From NCBI RefSeq assembly GCF_009914755.1, contig NC_060946.1: a DNA stretch of 64,000 nt. The stretch is one strand, 5' to 3'. How positions within the stretch are numbered: position 1 is the first letter of the stretch; each line of letters opens with the position of its first letter. A program made the translations under genes and the position numbers. This document shows positions 61,019 through 64,000 of this stretch, piece after piece. This DNA is from the human T2T-CHM13v2.0 reference genome, Homo sapiens. The notes under the pieces are model-generated. The model ran no database searches, was not told the origin of the DNA, and was given only the letters and a program-made list of their open reading frames with translations.

Positions 61019-61226
61019 CTATCCCAAACTTTTTGATCAGGCCCCCTATCAAAAAAAGGTGAGGATGCATCTCAATATATGATGAGTTATTTGTTTTTTA
61101 AATCTACCTAAAAGTTATACTTGTATTAATATGCTGATCCATATGGACATTATAAAATGTGCACACAATTTACACTTAAAAAGATGAGCTTATAAAAGTG
61201 ATAGGGAAACCTTTTTTGAGGAAGTT

Positions 61227-61535
61227 ATTTGTTTGTTTGTTTTTTGTTTTTGTTTTTTGAGATGGAATCTCACTCTGTCACTCAGGCCGGAGTGCAATGA
61301 TGTGATCTCAGCTCACTACAACCTCTGCCTCCCAGATTCAGCAATTCTCCTGCCTCAGCCCCTCCTGAGTAGGTGGGATTACAGGTGCACGCCACCATGC
61401 CCGGCTAATTTTTGTATTTTTAGTAGAGATGGGGTTTCACCATGTTGGCCAAGCTGGTCTTGAACTCCTGACCTTGTGACCCACCCACCTCGGCCTGCCA
61501 AAGTGCTGGGATTACAGGCGTGAGCCACTGCGCCC
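61227..61535 (-). mobile_element. AluS (Sg-like)
   Basis: Full dimer. Confidence 0.93.
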
Positions 61536-61970
61536 CACCAAGGGGGTGAGATTTGAGCAGGGATGTGAAGGATGTTTATCTTCACACTTTGCGTTGCCAC
61601 CTAATCTCGCCCCACAGGGGTCAACTTAAGCCTTCTGCCAAAAGCCCAGAGAGTCCTTGAAATCACTGTAAGAGATCTCTAAGAATAATGAGAGGGCAAA
61701 TTAGAAATGGTGGGGGGGGGGGGGGGCAGAACAGACCCATAAAGGAAAAGATAAATGAAGAACAGAGGAGGGAAAAAAGAGTTATAGTAGAAATAAATCA
61801 GAAGACCCCATGTTCAAATCTCAATATTTCAAACCTCTAATATTTTATGATTGGTATGAATTTGACCTTGAGTTTAGCCTTCTCATTTGTAAAATGGAGG
61901 TAACAATACTTCTCCTATAGGACAGTTCAGAGCATTTACTGAGAGGATGTGCTTAAAGAAAGAGACAAGG

Positions 61971-62234
61971 GGCCGGGCGCGGTGGCTCACACCTGTAATC
62001 CCAACACTTTGGGAGGCCGAGGCGGGTGGATCACAAGGTCAGGAGTTCAAGACCAGCCTGGCCAACATGAAGAAACCACGTCTCTACTAAAAATACAAAA
62101 AATTAGCTGGGCACCTGTAATCCCAGCTACTTGGAGGCTGAGGCAGGAGAATCGCTTGAACCCAGGAGGTGGAGGTTGTAATGAGCCGAGATCTCACCAC
62201 TGTACTCCAGCCTGGGCAAGCGAGACTCTGCCTC

Positions 62235-62262
<28 letters not shown>
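61971..62262 (+). mobile_element. AluS (Sg-like)
   Basis: Dimer with small internal deletion; TSD aaga(a/g)ag(a/c)gacaag. Confidence 0.94.
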
Positions 62263-62265
<3 letters not shown>

Positions 62266-62589
62266 AGCGACAAGACTGACTGATGATGGGAGAAAGGAAC
62301 TATTCAGGGAGGGAGATGGGAGACAGAGTGCAGTTTCACAAACATATACTGAATACCCACTGAGTGCCAGAAACTGTGCTAGGCAGGACATACAAAATGG
62401 AATTTGACCCCATTGCTACCCTTTGGGGAGCCTGAAGTTTAGCAGGGAGACGAGACATATAAGCAGATAGTCAACCGTACATTCAGGGTTGGAGGCTGGC
62501 AGTGGAGGGGAGGGGTATGAGGTGGGGAAGAGGAAGAGGGAGGTGCTCTCCACCAGTCCCTGAAGGCACACTGAGGATAAAGATCCTCC

Positions 62590-63300
62590 TTCTAGGTGGC
62601 AGGTGGCAGCTGTCCTGCCACGTGAGTGTCAGGGGCCCTGGGAATGCCTTTTCAGCATGCCCTGGCTCCACGCAACCCTCCCAAATAAACGCCTTCCAGC
62701 CCAGACAAGCAGGAAGTGTGCTGGGCTGGCGGATGGACTGACGCTCGCACATGCAGGCACATGCACAGGAAACTGAACTGCTGGGCAGGTTATTTTCGTT
62801 TTTCCCTTTCCACCACCACTGGAGCAATCAGTGACATTCCTTTCCCTCCTAAACACACAGGTTTGTGTACCAGAGCCTGGCAGGAAGTGAAGAAATCCCC
62901 TTTGGAAGAGCAGCAGCGGCCTCTATCCCGTGGCCTCCTCCCTCATTCCTGGGGTGGCTGCCTGGGGCCTCCCAGTGCTGTGGCCTTGGTGGCTTTTCTC
63001 CTCTTTTTCTGACTGTTCCGGGAAAGGGGAGGGATGGGGGAGAACCTGGTTCAGACCTCTTTTTGGAATCACAGTGCCTTTGGCCCTCCACTGCCTAGCT
63101 CTCTCCAGCCTCAGCTCAGTTCTTAGAATGATGTCGTAGCAGGAAGTGGTTGGGGAAAGGGTGGTGAGAGGTGGCAGACACAGGAGGAGAGAAGAGGTTC
63201 CCAGGTCCGAGAGAAAACACCAGAGGGGAGAATCCAGAGAGGACTCAGAGGTGAAACTGTGCCTTTTGACAGTGACATTCCTTCCTTCAAAACACTTTTC
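62590..63300. promoter_or_regulatory. Candidate enhancer with repeated ETS and TEAD/FOX motifs
   Basis: GCAGGAAGTG x3 (62709, 62880, 63139); CAGTGACATTCCTT x2 (62829, 63270); E-boxes CAGCTG and CACGTG; no repeat recognised. Confidence 0.45.
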
Positions 63301-63377
63301 CTAAGAAAATTAAGAAGGCAAGGACAAGGGACCCAGAATCCTCCCTAAAGCCAGACAATAATTAAATGAGAGCTAAG

Positions 63378-63670
<293 letters not shown>

Positions 63671-64000
63671 TTAAACTTGTCTGCTTTAATAATTTACTCT
63701 ACAAGTAATACGTGCTTTCGTGTGTGTTTAAAGCTTGTGAGGCTGGATGATATTTCTGAAACGTTAATTGGTAATTGTTTCCACCTGGTATGTCCTTTCT
63801 CTTGAGACCCTTCTCCATTTGAGCCAGTGGGCTGCTCTGTGGCTACTGCTTTGGGAAAGGGACGTAACTGCTCCCTGCCCTCTGCTTTTGTTTCCAAAAC
63901 CCAAGTTCTTAGGAAAACCAAAACAACTCTTGGCATAGGAGACAACAGATTTGGGAGAAATACGGTATGTAAGAGCAGGGCTTCTCACCTCTGAGATGAG

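Overview
Primate (most likely human) non-coding euchromatic DNA, either intronic or intergenic. I found no supportable protein-coding exon, processed protein pseudogene, tRNA or CRISPR array. The ORFs in the track are Alu read-throughs, microsatellite artefacts, decayed LINE ORF2 remnants or chance ORFs. The window is dominated by interspersed repeats. These include about 40 Alu copies (roughly 11-12 kb, J to Y subfamilies, one carrying the AluYd 12-bp deletion), many MIR and L2 fragments, several L1 3' pieces, and solo LTRs (LTR26-like, MER66, MER21, MSTA/THE1, MLT1). There are also DNA-transposon fossils (MER82, MER44, MER20, MER1A, MER30, MER5A, MER102) and a ~4-kb fragmented CR1/L3 with recognisable reverse-transcriptase motifs. 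A 3'-truncated 5S rRNA pseudogene lies at 53272-53360 (-). Repeat subfamily names come from my recall of consensus sequences and need RepeatMasker/Dfam confirmation. I see no convincing new biological system. The most interesting signals are a ~130-bp non-TE segment copied 1.2 kb away into an L2 around a CpG-rich element, a repeated ETS/TEAD/FOX motif module at 62.6-63.3 kb, an SP1/NF-Y/kB/TEAD cluster at 34.1-34.5 kb, a perfect 60-bp tandem duplication, and several snap-back (templated-insertion) repair scars.
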